In this document: positions 52,682 through 63,433 of the stretch, piece by piece
Position numbering within the stretch: position 1 is the stretch's first letter
How the letters are laid out: every line of letters begins with the position of its first letter
DNA from: Nitrospirota bacterium
Lineage (GTDB): Bacteria; Nitrospirota; Nitrospiria; Nitrospirales; Nitrospiraceae
Assembly: GCA_963703955.1 (NCBI GenBank)
Contig: CAVPGK010000011.1
Span: forward strand, 128,001-192,000
Reading direction: 5' to 3'
DNA: 64,000 bases
Position numbers and translations under genes: made by a program
The notes under the pieces: generated by a model
Database searches by the model: none
What the model saw: the letters and a program-made list of their open reading frames with translations, nothing else
What the model was told of the DNA's origin: nothing

Positions 52682-52912
52682 TTAGAAAGGATATTTTCGC
52701 GAAGGCCTGTGCATCGAAGGACTGGGAACTCGGTCATTTTCCTCTTCTGGAACGATCTTAATTTCTAATTCTTGAGGATGCGGAATTAGCCCTTGTGTTA
52801 GTCCGAATGTCTCTTGGGACATGGCTAGCGCCGCCTTCTGTTCCGTGGTTAAGTCTAGCATCGTTTCGGGGTCCATCAGAAAATCAGTATCCCAAGAATA
52901 CTTCTCTATCAT
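52682..52912 (-). CDS. hypothetical protein or fragment
   Basis: 76-aa ORF in a low-GC segment. Confidence 0.35.
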   Translation of the reverse strand: MIEKYSWDTDFLMDPETMLDLTTEQKAALAMSQETFGLTQGLIPHPQELEIKIVPEEENDRVPSPSMHRPSRKYPF

Positions 52913-53224
52913 CCCTCCGAAATCGATCTCCTCAATTCCAGCTGATGCGGGGATGGCCCGTATTTACTGATGCATCAGCGTTGTTCAACACCCTTCAATA
53001 CTTTAACCTCTCTTTACCTCACTTTGCCGCTTCTTTCCTTAATTTACCTCTCTCGCTAACACCGTAATAACACTACCCGGGTGGCACCCTTGTTACGGTA
53101 GCAAGGTGGTCGTCAGGCACCGGTAGGGTACAGAGGCGTACAGTATTTTACGATAGATTGTTTTGGAATGAAAAAAAAGACTTTGGAGAGCATTAGCCAC
53201 TTTGTAGTCAATGAAGGCAACTAA

Positions 53225-54737
53225 CCTTAATCCGAAAATAAAAAATTCGGGTTTTTGCTGAACCGGATCAACAAAAAAGGCCTCCTGTGTGGTAAAGAGA
53301 GCGGGCGCGCCAACGCACGACTCTCAACGCAGGAGGCCCCGAAAATGCGCTTGAGACTAGCAAGCCTACGCCGCATTGTCAAAGGTGATCTCCGCGTGGA
53401 ATTCGTCCGCCAGGAGTTGACCTCGTACAGTGGATTGGAACTGCTGCGCCGGTACTTTGCCTTGCTCGATTTGCATCGCCGCATCCGACAGGCCTTCAGC
53501 GCCTACGGACTCGCCGGCGACTATGGGTGTGGGCGCCTGGTCCTGCTGATCATCGCCCTGCTCGTCGTCGGCGCGCGCCGGCTGGAGCATCTGCGCTATA
53601 TCGCCCATGATCCGCTCGTGGGGCGACTGTGTGGCCTCGCACGGATTCCCTCGGATCGTACGGTCGTCAACTGGCTCAAGCAGTTTACCCAGGAGGCCCT
53701 GCAGGCGCTGATCACCCTCAATAGCGCACTGCTCTATCGAGCAAATCGAGCGGCTGGGCTTGAGCCGACTGACCATTGATGTGGATGGCACGGTCGTGCG
53801 GACTGGCGGCGCGGTCGCGTGGGCCTTTCGGGGCTTCAACCCCCATCATCGCAAAGATCCCAGTTACTATCCGCTGCTGGCGCATCTGGCGCAGACCGGC
53901 CAGATCCTGCGCCTGCGCAACCGGCCGGGCAACGTGCATGACAGTCGGGGCGCCGTCACCTTTGTGCGGGACCTGGTCCGTGAACTGCGCGGCCGGTTCG
54001 GGCGTGCCCTCCCGCTGGAATTCCGTATGGACGCGGCCTTCTTCCAGCAGGAGATCCTGGCGCTGCTGGTCCGGGAGGGCTGCGAGTACGCCATCAAGGT
54101 CGGCTTCTGGACCTGGCTGGACCTCAAGGCACGGGTCGCCGCTCAGACCCGCTGGGACCGTGTCGACGACCAAGTGAGTTGCTGTGAGGCCAAGGTCCCC
54201 GTTGAGCCCTGGGGCCTGACATTGCGGGTCGTCCTCTATCGCAAGCAGGTCCGCCACGAGACCCGCAAGAATTTCCAACTCGATCTCTTCTCCCCCGATG
54301 ACGGACACTTCGAGTACTCGGCGGTGACGACCAACAAGGCGCTCAGCGGCCCGTCGCTCTGGGCCTTCATGGCCGGCCGCGGGGCCCAGGAGAAGACGTT
54401 GGCGGAACTCAAGGGCGAATTCGCGCTGGACGTGGTCCCCACGAACCACTACGGCGCCAACAGTGCCTGGCAGCAGCTCAGCGTGCTGGGCCATAACCTG
54501 CTGCGGAGCTTCCAGCTCCACACGCTGGCGACGCTGAAACCCCGAACACGCAAGCGCACCTACGCCTATGTCTTGCAGAGTATGCGGACCTTGCGTTTCC
54601 TGTTCATCAACCGGGCTGGCCGACTGACGCGGATCGCCGACCACCAGGTGCTGCGAATGACCAGCAATCCGGCTACGGAGGCGCTGTACTCGCAAGTCTC
54701 CCATGCCTTGGTGACCTAATTTATTTTCGGATTAAGG
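53225..54737 (+). mobile_element. IS1380-family insertion sequence
   Basis: Perfect 18-bp TIR CCTTAATCCGAAAATAAA (53225-53242 / 54720-54737); 4-bp TSD CTAA on both sides. Confidence 0.92.
53345..54719 (+). CDS. IS1380-family transposase, frameshift near 53740
   Basis: LTSYSGL, TIDVDGTV, SYYPL, RPGNVHD, RMDAAFF; one extra base. Confidence 0.88.
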
Positions 54738-54907
54738 CTAATTCGGCGAGCGTCATATACAAACAAAGATGAGCGAAGATGCTTGATAGCATCGTCAAGA
54801 TCCGCCCTGTCTGAACAGTCAAGCGGAGTGTCAACGGTCAGAAGATGGATGAGCCGGTTCGTCGCGACAAGAAACTCACTGATCTCATGCTTCCGTTCCA
54901 TCTTCAC
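54716..54907 (-). CDS. small hypothetical protein whose 3' end is interrupted by the IS1380
   Basis: ORF reads into the IS right TIR; removing the IS gives ...RRISCLH*. Confidence 0.45.
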   Translation of the reverse strand: MKMERKHEISEFLVATNRLIHLLTVDTPLDCSDRADLDDAIKHLRSSLFVYDARRISLNPKIN

Positions 54908-55518
54908 CCAGTCAGCAGGACCCCTTTTGAACCGGGGGTGATCGTTAGTAGATCATAATACGTAAATAAGAAGAGTCAATATAACCAACAAGGAAAATTC
55001 AGCAGGCTATTCTTTGGGTGATGAAGACGTTCGTTCCTCCGGTTTGCCCCACATGGCCCGGAACACCCCGCACTGGTCAGGCGTTATTTCCCGACCTGAA
55101 CCATCAATTCCATATCGGATCAGTTGGAGGTTCAGCGAGCGGAGGCGAGTGGGAGCAAGGTGGTCGCACGAGCGCGAGTCCGGGAGGAAGGGGCCGCGAC
55201 CCAGCCGCAACCTACCTGCCCCGTAACGATGGGCACACCCCCCACCGGGCATCAGCTTGGGTCCCATTTCTGGCTTGCATAGGATTGGCAAAAGCAAGGG
55301 GTAACTATCTCGTCTCTTGACAGCAGTGTCCAAAAAGCTTACTTGGATGCTGCCCTGCTCACCAAGGAGGGCAATATGACATTTGTCGCAAGCCGACTTG
55401 TTTCTGGGTGACGTTCTGTTTCGCTGGAGGAGATGAGCTATATGACAAAGGAGAAAATGGCAGCTCTTGAAGGTAATCGCAGGAGCGGCGCTAGCAGTCA
55501 TCATAGCGGTCTACTCTA

Positions 55519-55671
55519 AGGAGAAAATCAAGAAGAAGACATTTGTGAAGACCACCCTCAAGCCGGGCGAGCATGTCCTGTACAAAAAAATACGCTGCCA
55601 GAGAAGTGGAGGGCAACGACGAAGAGTTGGTGCTGGTTCGTGAAGAGGATGTCTTGGGTTATCTTCGGTAA
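55519..55671 (+). pseudogene. GroES C-terminal fragment
   Basis: LKPGEHVLYKK / YAAREVEGNDEELVLVREEDVLG. Confidence 0.65.
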
Positions 55672-55726
55672 TTGACATTCTTCACAGAAAGAGAATTGGT
55701 CTCAAATCGGGGCCAGGAGAGCGATC

Positions 55727-56038
55727 ATGAAGATGCTGACCATTGTCTGCGGGGAGAAGCTTGAAGAGGAGATCCTCGCCGTGTTTAAGGACCTGGGAAT
55801 CAAAGGCTATACGGTCATTTCGGGCGTGGGAGGCAGTGGTCAGACCGGAACGGTATCCGGGACCGGCGGCTGGACCGATCGAAATAAGCTGTTCATGGTC
55901 GCGCTCGAAGATGATCACATTCACATGACACAGGTGCTGAACGCCGTGAGGGAGATCCATACCAGGCATGTTCACGGGTACCGTGGCCTTGAGATCCCGC
56001 TCAAAGTATTCCTTCAACCCTGCGAAGTCATCCTCTAA
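55727..56038 (+). CDS. P-II-like protein
   Basis: MKMLTIV....E......LGIKGYTVI..V.GSG..G. Confidence 0.75.
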   Translation: MKMLTIVCGEKLEEEILAVFKDLGIKGYTVISGVGGSGQTGTVSGTGGWTDRNKLFMVALEDDHIHMTQVLNAVREIHTRHVHGYRGLEIPLKVFLQPCEVIL

Positions 56039-56085
56039 CGATCGTATGCCCGAATCCTTGACCGACTTGAGAATGGCGAAGAGGA

Positions 56086-56634
56086 TTGGATATCCTCGAC
56101 TCGGCTATCCTCCACGCCATGAACGAGGCTCTCGATGAACGAGTCCTCGAAGCCTCGGTTGCAGCTGCCCTGGAACGGATCAGGAATGAGCAGAAGAAGT
56201 TCCCGGATCAACGCGGGGCTCTTGAACGGGAGCTTTCATTGATTCAGACGCGCCTACATCATCTCGTGGAACTTGTCGCCAACGGCAAGGGGACTGATTC
56301 GGTAGTCGCATCGCTGCATGAGGAGGAAACACGGAAGAAGGTCTTGGTGGACGAACTTTCGAGACTCGATAACCTCGCCCAAGTGGTTTCCCTGGACGAG
56401 AAGCGTCTAGCCAAGGAACTTCGAAGCCGTCTGGGAGACATCCCCGCCCTCTTCGCTCGCCACGTACCTCTAGCCCGCCAGATGCTTAGGAAGCTTCTGG
56501 ACGGGCACATCGTCTGCGAGCCGATCTTGGAAGGCGGGAAACGAGGTTATCGGTTCACGGCCACAGGGACCTTCGACCGTTTACTGACCCGCGTGAAGGT
56601 TGTCAACGAAAGTGGTGGAGGGCAGGGGATTTGA
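56086..56634 (+). pseudogene. large serine recombinase C-terminal fragment
   Basis: Coiled coil, ARQMLRKLLDG.I.CEP...YRFTATG; ends GGGQGI inside the antisense tRNA; parallels the 37040 recombinase C-terminus. Confidence 0.8.
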
Positions 56635-56688
56635 ACCCCCGACCCCGACGTTGCGAACGTCGTGCTCTCCCAACTGAGCTAGCCCCCC
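56613..56688 (-). tRNA. tRNA-Ala(CGC), integration target
   Basis: 76-nt cloverleaf GGGGGGC...GCCCTCC-ACCA with G3:U70; anticodon arm CGACG-TTCGCAA-CGTCG. Confidence 0.97.
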
Positions 56689-56808
56689 ACCCTGCCGTGA
56701 TCCGAGCGTCACCTTCTTGAGCGCGGGAATGCCGGCGGAATTACCTCCAGCCGTTGGCCGCGAAGGAGACGAGAAGAAGATTATATACCAGCCTATTCGC
56801 AGACTCTA

Positions 56809-57072
56809 CTAATTGATGGAATCCATCACACCCCAGGTCGCCAGAGCTCGCTCATTCAGGAGTCGCATGAAACGGGCGCGCAGGATCAGGTCGAACACGT
56901 CGCCTTTGGTCGGACATAGTTCAACGATGATCTCGCGCGCATGCTCAATGACCGCCAAGGCTTCTTGGCGGCTCATGGCCGTGTAGCGAAGTCGGTACGA
57001 CGTCAGGTCCGCAAGCAGGCGCACTTGGGTCATCCGCACCTGTTCATCACGAACCTCTTCGGGGCTGATCAT
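56809..57072 (-). CDS. hypothetical protein
   Basis: 87 aa, ATGA overlap with purN. Confidence 0.75.
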   Translation of the reverse strand: MISPEEVRDEQVRMTQVRLLADLTSYRLRYTAMSRQEALAVIEHAREIIVELCPTKGDVFDLILRARFMRLLNERALATWGVMDSIN

Positions 57073-57749
57073 TGTGACGACTCACCTGGACTCATCAGGG
57101 AACCCTCCGCCATTTCAGGAACCCCCGTGAGAAGAACCCGCCGTCCGTCTACTCGCAAACTACCGTCGGCGTACAGTTGAACCGCCTTCGGATAGATCTT
57201 GTGCTCCTCGATCAGAATTCGTGCTGATAGGGTCTCGGCGGTATCGTCGTTGAGAACGGGTACGGCCGCTTGAATGATGATCGGCCCTTCGTCAACTCCT
57301 TCCGTCACAAAATGCACGGTGCACCCGGCGAGCTTCACCCCCCAGTCCAGAGCTTTCCCTTGCACATCCAATCCCGGAAAAGCCGGTAGGAGCGACGGAT
57401 GGATATTCATCATGCGGTTCGGAAATGCGCCGATCAGAACCTTCGTCACAATCTTCATGTAGCCAGCGAGCAGGACAAGCTCGACCTCATGCTTTCTTAG
57501 GACTTCCAGGATCGCGCGATCGTACGCCTCACGGCTGTCGGCCCGAGCGGTATAGGGCTTGGGATCGAGGAACACGCCGGTGAGGCCGTGCTTGCGGGCC
57601 CGTTCAAGCGCCTGGGCGTCCTTCTTGTTGCTGACGACCACCGCAATCTCGGCCGTGAGCGCGCCGGATTCAATGGCGTCAATGATCGCCTGAAGGTTCG
57701 ACCCGCGGCCCGACGCCAGCACGCCGATGCGAAGCTTACCGGTTCGCAT
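57069..57749 (-). CDS. purN: phosphoribosylglycinamide formyltransferase
   Basis: [37 protein letters not shown]. Confidence 0.96.
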   Translation of the reverse strand: MRTGKLRIGVLASGRGSNLQAIIDAIESGALTAEIAVVVSNKKDAQALERARKHGLTGVFLDPKPYTARADSREAYDRAILEVLRKHEVELVLLAGYMKIVTKVLIGAFPNRMMNIHPSLLPAFPGLDVQGKALDWGVKLAGCTVHFVTEGVDEGPIIIQAAVPVLNDDTAETLSARILIEEHKIYPKAVQLYADGSLRVDGRRVLLTGVPEMAEGSLMSPGESSQ

Positions 57750-58785
57750 GAGCCCCAACGTACTCCACTCGCGCATCCCCCTCCCCGGCCACAATCTCGC
57801 CGATCCGGTAGGCCTGGTCTCCCAACTCAGCCGCGCGCGCGATGACTCCGGCTACATGATCAGCCGCGACGGTGAGCACAAGACCGATTCCCATGTTGAA
57901 GACCCGGTGCATCTCGTCTTTATGAATACGGCCGCGCTGTTCGAGAACAGTGAGAATCGGCGGTACCGGCCATGTCCCTCGATACAGCTTGGCCACACAG
58001 TGTTTCGGGAGGACCCTTGGAATATTTTCCGTCAAGCCCCCGCCCGTAATATGCGCTATGCCTTTGATCGGAAACGCGGCGGCTAACGAGAGAATCTGTT
58101 TGGCGTAAATCCTGGTCGGCGTCAGGAGCGCCTCGCCCATGGATCGATCCAATTCAGAGAGCCGGCTGTCGACCGTGAGGCCGGCCTCCTCGAGCAATAC
58201 CCGCCGGGCTAAGGAATAGCCGTTGCTGTGTAGGCCGGTGGAGGCCAGCCCAATGACGGCGTCACCTGGGCGGATCTCGTGCCCGTCGATAATCTTCGCT
58301 CGATCTACCACCCCGACGGCAAAGCCCGCAAGGTCATATTCGCCGTCAGCGTAGAAAGACGGCATTTCCGCGGTCTCGCCGCCGATCAACGCGCATCCGG
58401 CTTGCCGACAGCCTTCGGCAATGCCTTTGACGATTGCTTCTCCCTTAGGGACGGACAGTTTCCCCGTCGCCAGATAGTCCAGAAAAAAGAGTGGCTCTGC
58501 CCCACTGACCGCGACGTCGTTCACGCACATCGCGACCAGATCGATGCCCACCGTGTCGTGCTTGTCCATCAGGAAGGCGATTTTGAGCTTCGTCCCGACC
58601 CCATCGGTCCCTGAGACGAGGACGGGATCTGAATACCGTGACGCCTCGAACCGGAAGAGACCCCCGAACCCACCTAGGTCGGTGAGTACTTCCGGTCGGA
58701 AGGTGGATCGCACCAAGGGGGTAATCCGGCGCACGAATTCGTTGCCGGCTTCGATATCGACTCCAGCTTGTTTATAAGTCGCCAT
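57736..58785 (-). CDS. purM: AIR synthetase
   Basis: [38 protein letters not shown]. Confidence 0.97.
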   Translation of the reverse strand: MATYKQAGVDIEAGNEFVRRITPLVRSTFRPEVLTDLGGFGGLFRFEASRYSDPVLVSGTDGVGTKLKIAFLMDKHDTVGIDLVAMCVNDVAVSGAEPLFFLDYLATGKLSVPKGEAIVKGIAEGCRQAGCALIGGETAEMPSFYADGEYDLAGFAVGVVDRAKIIDGHEIRPGDAVIGLASTGLHSNGYSLARRVLLEEAGLTVDSRLSELDRSMGEALLTPTRIYAKQILSLAAAFPIKGIAHITGGGLTENIPRVLPKHCVAKLYRGTWPVPPILTVLEQRGRIHKDEMHRVFNMGIGLVLTVAADHVAGVIARAAELGDQAYRIGEIVAGEGDARVEYVGAHANR

Positions 58786-58820
58786 CGGCGCGGCATCTTA
58801 CCGGAGCCTGTCGGGATAGG

Positions 58821-60119
58821 TCAACGTGCCAGCTCGACCAGCGTTTCTACATGCGCGGTCTGCGGAAACATATCAAAGGGCTGGCACCGGGACAGGCGGT
58901 AGCCGTCGCCAGAGAGCCGGCCGAGGTCACGGGCGAGCGTGGGAGCATCGCAGGAGAGGTAGAGGATTCGTGGGATGTCCAACCGGCCGAGGGCTTGTAG
59001 GCATTCCCGGTCCAAGCCAGCTCGCGGTGGATCGACCAGCGCAACATCATACTCCCCGTTGTGGACTGACTCCAGCATGGTCTCCGCCTGCAGAGGCCGA
59101 AACCGGCAACGTCCGATATGGTTTGTTTTCGCCGCATAACGCGCATCCGCCAGGGCATAGGGATTCGATTCGACTTCAGTCACCAGAGCGCCGCGCCGCG
59201 CCAGGGGAAGGCCGAATGAGCCGATCCCCGCATACAACTCGAGCACGCGAAGGCCCGGGGCAGGCGCAACCCAGCCGGTAACCGTCCGCGCAAGCGTCTC
59301 GTTCAACAGCCAGTTCGCTTGCATGAACGACCGGTCGCTGATGCGGAAAATCAGCTCATCCAATCTGTCGGCAATCCAGTCCTGTCCCTCAACCCATCGT
59401 TGCCACCGTCCAGGTTTACCGGCGGTGATTACTAGGCCCACGATATCCGGGATATCACGAAAGAGCCCGAGGAGCGCACGCGCCTGTTCACGGGTGGCAG
59501 GACCGGTCCGGAGTGCGAGCAGTGTCGAGCCAAACGAGACCGACCGCCGAACCTCGAGCGCGTCAATCCGAAGTGGAAGCCGATGTTGTTCCGCCAAACG
59601 TCTGGTGACCTCTTGAACGATCCCGCGGGTCGCCTCGGGCACCAGCAGGCAGGACGAAGCCTCCACCGGTTGATGGGTGCGCTGTTCGTGAAGTCCCAGC
59701 GCAAAGCCCGCGCCTTGACGGAAGACCGCAAATCGGATGGTGCTGCGATACCCATATGGACTTGGAGACGCAACGACCGGAGGGATCTCCTCAATCCGGA
59801 GCTTGCCCACACGCGCCAGGGTTTCTCTAAGAATCTCCCGCTTCTGAGCAAGCTGAGCCTCATATCGAATGTGCTGGAACTGACAGCCACCGCAGACTTC
59901 GTACACCGAACAGGGCGGCGCGACGCGGTCCGGCGAGGAAACCAGCACGCGAGTAACCGCGGCGTCCTGAACACCCTTGTGGATGGCCCCACCTGCAACC
60001 GACACCGTCTCCGACGGGATCGCTCCCCGCACAAACAAGATCTGCGAGCCAAGACGGGCCAGGCCCCGTCCTCCCTGCACCAGCTTTTCGATTGTCACCG
60101 TGGGTTCCTGTTCAGCCAT
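58821..60119 (-). CDS. rlmD: 23S rRNA (uracil-1939-C5)-methyltransferase
   Basis: TRAM domain, CGGCQ, SFMQAN, VDPPRAG, YLSC, DMFPQTAHVE. Confidence 0.88.
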   Translation of the reverse strand: MAEQEPTVTIEKLVQGGRGLARLGSQILFVRGAIPSETVSVAGGAIHKGVQDAAVTRVLVSSPDRVAPPCSVYEVCGGCQFQHIRYEAQLAQKREILRETLARVGKLRIEEIPPVVASPSPYGYRSTIRFAVFRQGAGFALGLHEQRTHQPVEASSCLLVPEATRGIVQEVTRRLAEQHRLPLRIDALEVRRSVSFGSTLLALRTGPATREQARALLGLFRDIPDIVGLVITAGKPGRWQRWVEGQDWIADRLDELIFRISDRSFMQANWLLNETLARTVTGWVAPAPGLRVLELYAGIGSFGLPLARRGALVTEVESNPYALADARYAAKTNHIGRCRFRPLQAETMLESVHNGEYDVALVDPPRAGLDRECLQALGRLDIPRILYLSCDAPTLARDLGRLSGDGYRLSRCQPFDMFPQTAHVETLVELAR

Positions 60120-60354
60120 GAGCATCATGCGCACCCAACAACGATTGCTTGCCAAAGAACATCTGATCCTGTAGAACCAACTACATCAGCCGCAACTAGG
60201 CAGCGGCTTAGGTCCTGGCTATTGCCCTGACAGAGACAGCAGTTGGCAGCCTTGCCCCGACGAGAAGCGCTGACGATCACCAATCGCCGACGAGGCACAT
60301 CACGGAGCATTATACACTTCACGGCGCTGATTCCATGGTCATTATGGACGCCCC

Positions 60355-60993
60355 ATGCGTATCTTGATTGTCGATGACTCCTCAGATGAACGATTGTTGA
60401 TTCACCGTATTCTCAAGGATGCGGGGTGTGGAGAGTTACTCAGCGCCACATCGGCTGGTCACGCCCTGGAATTACTTGGCGTAAAAACTCCTGCAACCCG
60501 CGAGGCGACGGTTGACCTCATTTTGCTGGACATCAGGATGCCCGATATGGACGGGATCGAAGCCTGCCGGCGGATCAAGGCCGATGACCGCTACAAGGAT
60601 ATTCCCATCCTCATGGTTACGGTCAAGGACAAGACCCAATTTCTGGAAGCGGCGTTTGAAGCGGGGGCGATGGACTACATCAGCAAACCCATCGATAAGG
60701 TCGAACTGATGGCGCGCGTCCGATCAGCATGGAGGCTGAAGCAGGAAACGGACCGCCGCAAGGCCTGGGAGGCTCAATTGACAAAGAACATCCAGGACTT
60801 GACTCACTCACTCCGACAGGCCGAGGCGTTCCAGGGAATTATCCCGATCTGTTCGTCATGCAAGAAGATCCGCACAGACCAGACTTCGTGGCAGCCACTC
60901 GAGGAATACATCCAAGCCCACTCTAAAGCCAAGTTCAGTTACGACCTTTGCTCCGAATGCTGCGCCAAACTCTACCCCGGCGCCGGCGCGTAG
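60355..60993 (+). CDS. response regulator with C-terminal Cys motif
   Basis: REC domain plus IIPICSSCKKIR...LCSEC tail. Confidence 0.88.
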   Translation: MRILIVDDSSDERLLIHRILKDAGCGELLSATSAGHALELLGVKTPATREATVDLILLDIRMPDMDGIEACRRIKADDRYKDIPILMVTVKDKTQFLEAAFEAGAMDYISKPIDKVELMARVRSAWRLKQETDRRKAWEAQLTKNIQDLTHSLRQAEAFQGIIPICSSCKKIRTDQTSWQPLEEYIQAHSKAKFSYDLCSECCAKLYPGAGA

Positions 60994-61115
60994 CTCGAGG
61001 TGCCTGGGTTTGCGTCTCGGAATGCGCTTTTCCATTTGCCGTCCATAGTTCCTTCGCCTATACTGAACACTCTCACCTTCATCGTCCCACTTCCCCTTCG
61101 CAGAAAGGATACAGC

Positions 61116-61715
61116 ATGACCAGCATGGTTCTCCTCTCCACCGGCATCGCAGCCGTTGTGTCGGCCTTGGTGGCTTGGCGGGTGACGGCGGCGATGGGGT
61201 CCGCGCAAGGCAACGCTGAGGCCGCGGTTCCACGACATCGGACACTGCAGGCCGAGCAGTTCCTGCTGACGGACGAGAAGGGCAGGATTTGCGCTGAACT
61301 CAGCACACAGGCCGGCTTGCCTCAGCTCGTTTTCTTCAACCAGGAGGGAAAGAAGCGCGCTACCTTCAGGGTGCACGCCGACAATGGGCCGGCGCTTCTC
61401 TTTCTGGACAATGCGGAGAATCCGCGGACTTTCTTGGGACTCGACGCTCAGAGCTTTTCCAAATTGGCTCTTTCGAGCATGGATGGGAAAGAACAGGTGG
61501 TGCTCACCGGCCAAGACAACGGCTCCGCGCTCCTGCTCTGCGATCGAGCGGGTCAGCATCGAGTAGGACTGATCGCGGGAGAAGACGGCCTGTCGGGCCT
61601 CAGCCTCTTCGACGGCAGCAACACCAACCGAGCCACCCTCTCGGTCATCGAGAAAGGCATCTGCTCCTTCGTCCTCATGAACGAAACTGGTAAGGTCGTC
61701 TGGCAAGCACCCTAA
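61116..61715 (+). CDS. membrane-anchored beta-repeat hypothetical protein
   Basis: AAAGGA RBS, N-terminal TM, repeated L.L.D..G..R units. Confidence 0.7.
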   Translation: MTSMVLLSTGIAAVVSALVAWRVTAAMGSAQGNAEAAVPRHRTLQAEQFLLTDEKGRICAELSTQAGLPQLVFFNQEGKKRATFRVHADNGPALLFLDNAENPRTFLGLDAQSFSKLALSSMDGKEQVVLTGQDNGSALLLCDRAGQHRVGLIAGEDGLSGLSLFDGSNTNRATLSVIEKGICSFVLMNETGKVVWQAP

Positions 61716-61935
61716 AGAACAAATGAGGTAGTATTTCGTCTCGAGGAGGGCAATGCCTCGGCCCAATCGAAAATTATTTCAGTACCATTGCGGCTGTATT
61801 TCACGAAGTTTTCATGGAGAAGGAAAACGGAAACTGACCGAGTCTTCGAGGGAATTTCCGAAGGCTTCCCTCGACGAAGCCTCAGTGGGCCGCTCCGGAG
61901 GCGCGGGAGCGTCGAGCCCTGGCACACCCTCTTTC

Positions 61936-63333
61936 CTAACTTTCCGGACGCAGTTCAATATTGAGTAATTTTATCTTCCGGTGGAGGTGGCTGCGCTCGA
62001 TCTGCAGATCATCGGCTGTGCGCGAGACGTTCCAACTGTGCTCGCGCAACTTGCGGCTGATGTATTCCCGTTCAAAGGCGTTCCGCGCGTCGCGCAGAGA
62101 CTCATAGTGCTTGGCCGCCAGCACGCTCATGCTGGACGTGCCGGAGGATGCTCCCATGGGCACCCCAACGCGAGACTGCAGAAACATCGCGGCATGCGAG
62201 GCTTCGATCACGGCCCCGGGGACCATGATCATCAAACGCTCGATTAGGTTGCGAAGCTCTCGAATATTCCCCGGCCAGTCGTATTGTTTCAGAACCTCCA
62301 TCGCTTCCGGCGTGACCTCTTTGACCTTCAACCCCTGTTCCTCCGCGTGGGTTTGCAGGAAATGCCGGACCAGCAATGGGATATCCTCACGCCGGTCGCG
62401 AAGCGGCGGCACCTCCATCGGCAGCACGTTCAGGCGGTAGAACAGATCGTCGCGAAAATGTCCCTTTTCGATTTCCTGCGCGAGGTTCTTGTTCGACGCC
62501 GCGATGACGCGCACATCCACCTTGATCACCTTGATGCCGCCCACCCGCATGAATTGCTGCTCCTGCAACACCCGTAACACCTTTGCCTGTGTGTTGAGGC
62601 TCATGTCCCCGATTTCATCCAGAAACAACGTACCGCCGTCCGCCTGCTCGAATTGGCCCCGCTTCTGAACCGTGGCCCCTGTAAACGCGCCGCGTTCGTG
62701 CCCGAGCAATTCGCTTTCGATCAAATTTTCCGGGATGGCTGCGCAATTGACCGCCACGAAGGGTTTGTCCCGCCGGGGACTCTGCTGATGAATAGCGCGG
62801 GCGACTAATTCCTTTCCCGTTCCGTTCTCTCCTGAGACGAGGACGCGGCCGTTGGTAGGTCCAGCCGTTGCGATCAACTGGCGGAGTCGCTGCATGGCCG
62901 GAGACGTCCCGACCAGCTCAAAGCGCCGTTCGACCTTTGCGCGCAGCGTGAGATTCTCTTCCTCCAACCGATGTTGGTCAAGCGCATGGCGCACACGCAG
63001 CGTGACGTTTTCCAGCGACAGCGGTTTCTCGATGTAGTCATACGCGCCTAGTTTAATGGCTTTGACCGCCGTCTCGATGGACCCGTGCCCCGACATCATC
63101 ATCACTTGCAATCGCGGGAACTGCTCGCGCGCGCGCTTGAGGGTTTGCAAGCCATCCATCTCAGGCATCCAGATGTCCAGCAGCAACAGATCGGGCGGGT
63201 CCGCCGCCATCACTTTCAGCGCCTCTCCCCCACTCTTGGCTACGGTGACCCCATAGCCTTCGTCCTCCAGCACGCGGCTCAGGGAATTGAGGATGGGTTC
63301 CTCATCGTCGACGATCAGAATTGACTCCGCCAT
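61936..63333 (-). CDS. ntrX: NtrX-like sigma-54 response regulator
   Basis: LLDIWMP, MMSGHG, GENGTGKE, GAFTGA, ERSHLHRKIK. Confidence 0.85.
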   Translation of the reverse strand: MAESILIVDDEEPILNSLSRVLEDEGYGVTVAKSGGEALKVMAADPPDLLLLDIWMPEMDGLQTLKRAREQFPRLQVMMMSGHGSIETAVKAIKLGAYDYIEKPLSLENVTLRVRHALDQHRLEEENLTLRAKVERRFELVGTSPAMQRLRQLIATAGPTNGRVLVSGENGTGKELVARAIHQQSPRRDKPFVAVNCAAIPENLIESELLGHERGAFTGATVQKRGQFEQADGGTLFLDEIGDMSLNTQAKVLRVLQEQQFMRVGGIKVIKVDVRVIAASNKNLAQEIEKGHFRDDLFYRLNVLPMEVPPLRDRREDIPLLVRHFLQTHAEEQGLKVKEVTPEAMEVLKQYDWPGNIRELRNLIERLMIMVPGAVIEASHAAMFLQSRVGVPMGASSGTSSMSVLAAKHYESLRDARNAFEREYISRKLREHSWNVSRTADDLQIERSHLHRKIKLLNIELRPES

Positions 63334-63433
63334 GGGCACCTTATGCAAAGGTTTCAGAGATCAGGCGTCGGCGTCGACTTCTGATTAGTGACTCAAAGCT
63401 GAACGTTGAACGCTGATCAATGGATTGTTGTCG

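Larger units (their letters stand above)
38694..56625 (+). mobile_element. integrative element 2 (~17.9 kb stress-gene island with truncated recombinase)
   Basis: Bounded by att cores at 38694 and 56613; recombinase remnant abuts tRNA-Ala; reconstructed attP is palindromic. Confidence 0.82.

Noticed and set aside
55090..55335. Possible IS end or structured RNA
   Set aside because: GC-rich, but no terminal repeats, partner end or clear family features
61844..61873. Riboswitch candidate
   Set aside because: A simple hairpin between convergent genes, best explained as a terminator-like structure
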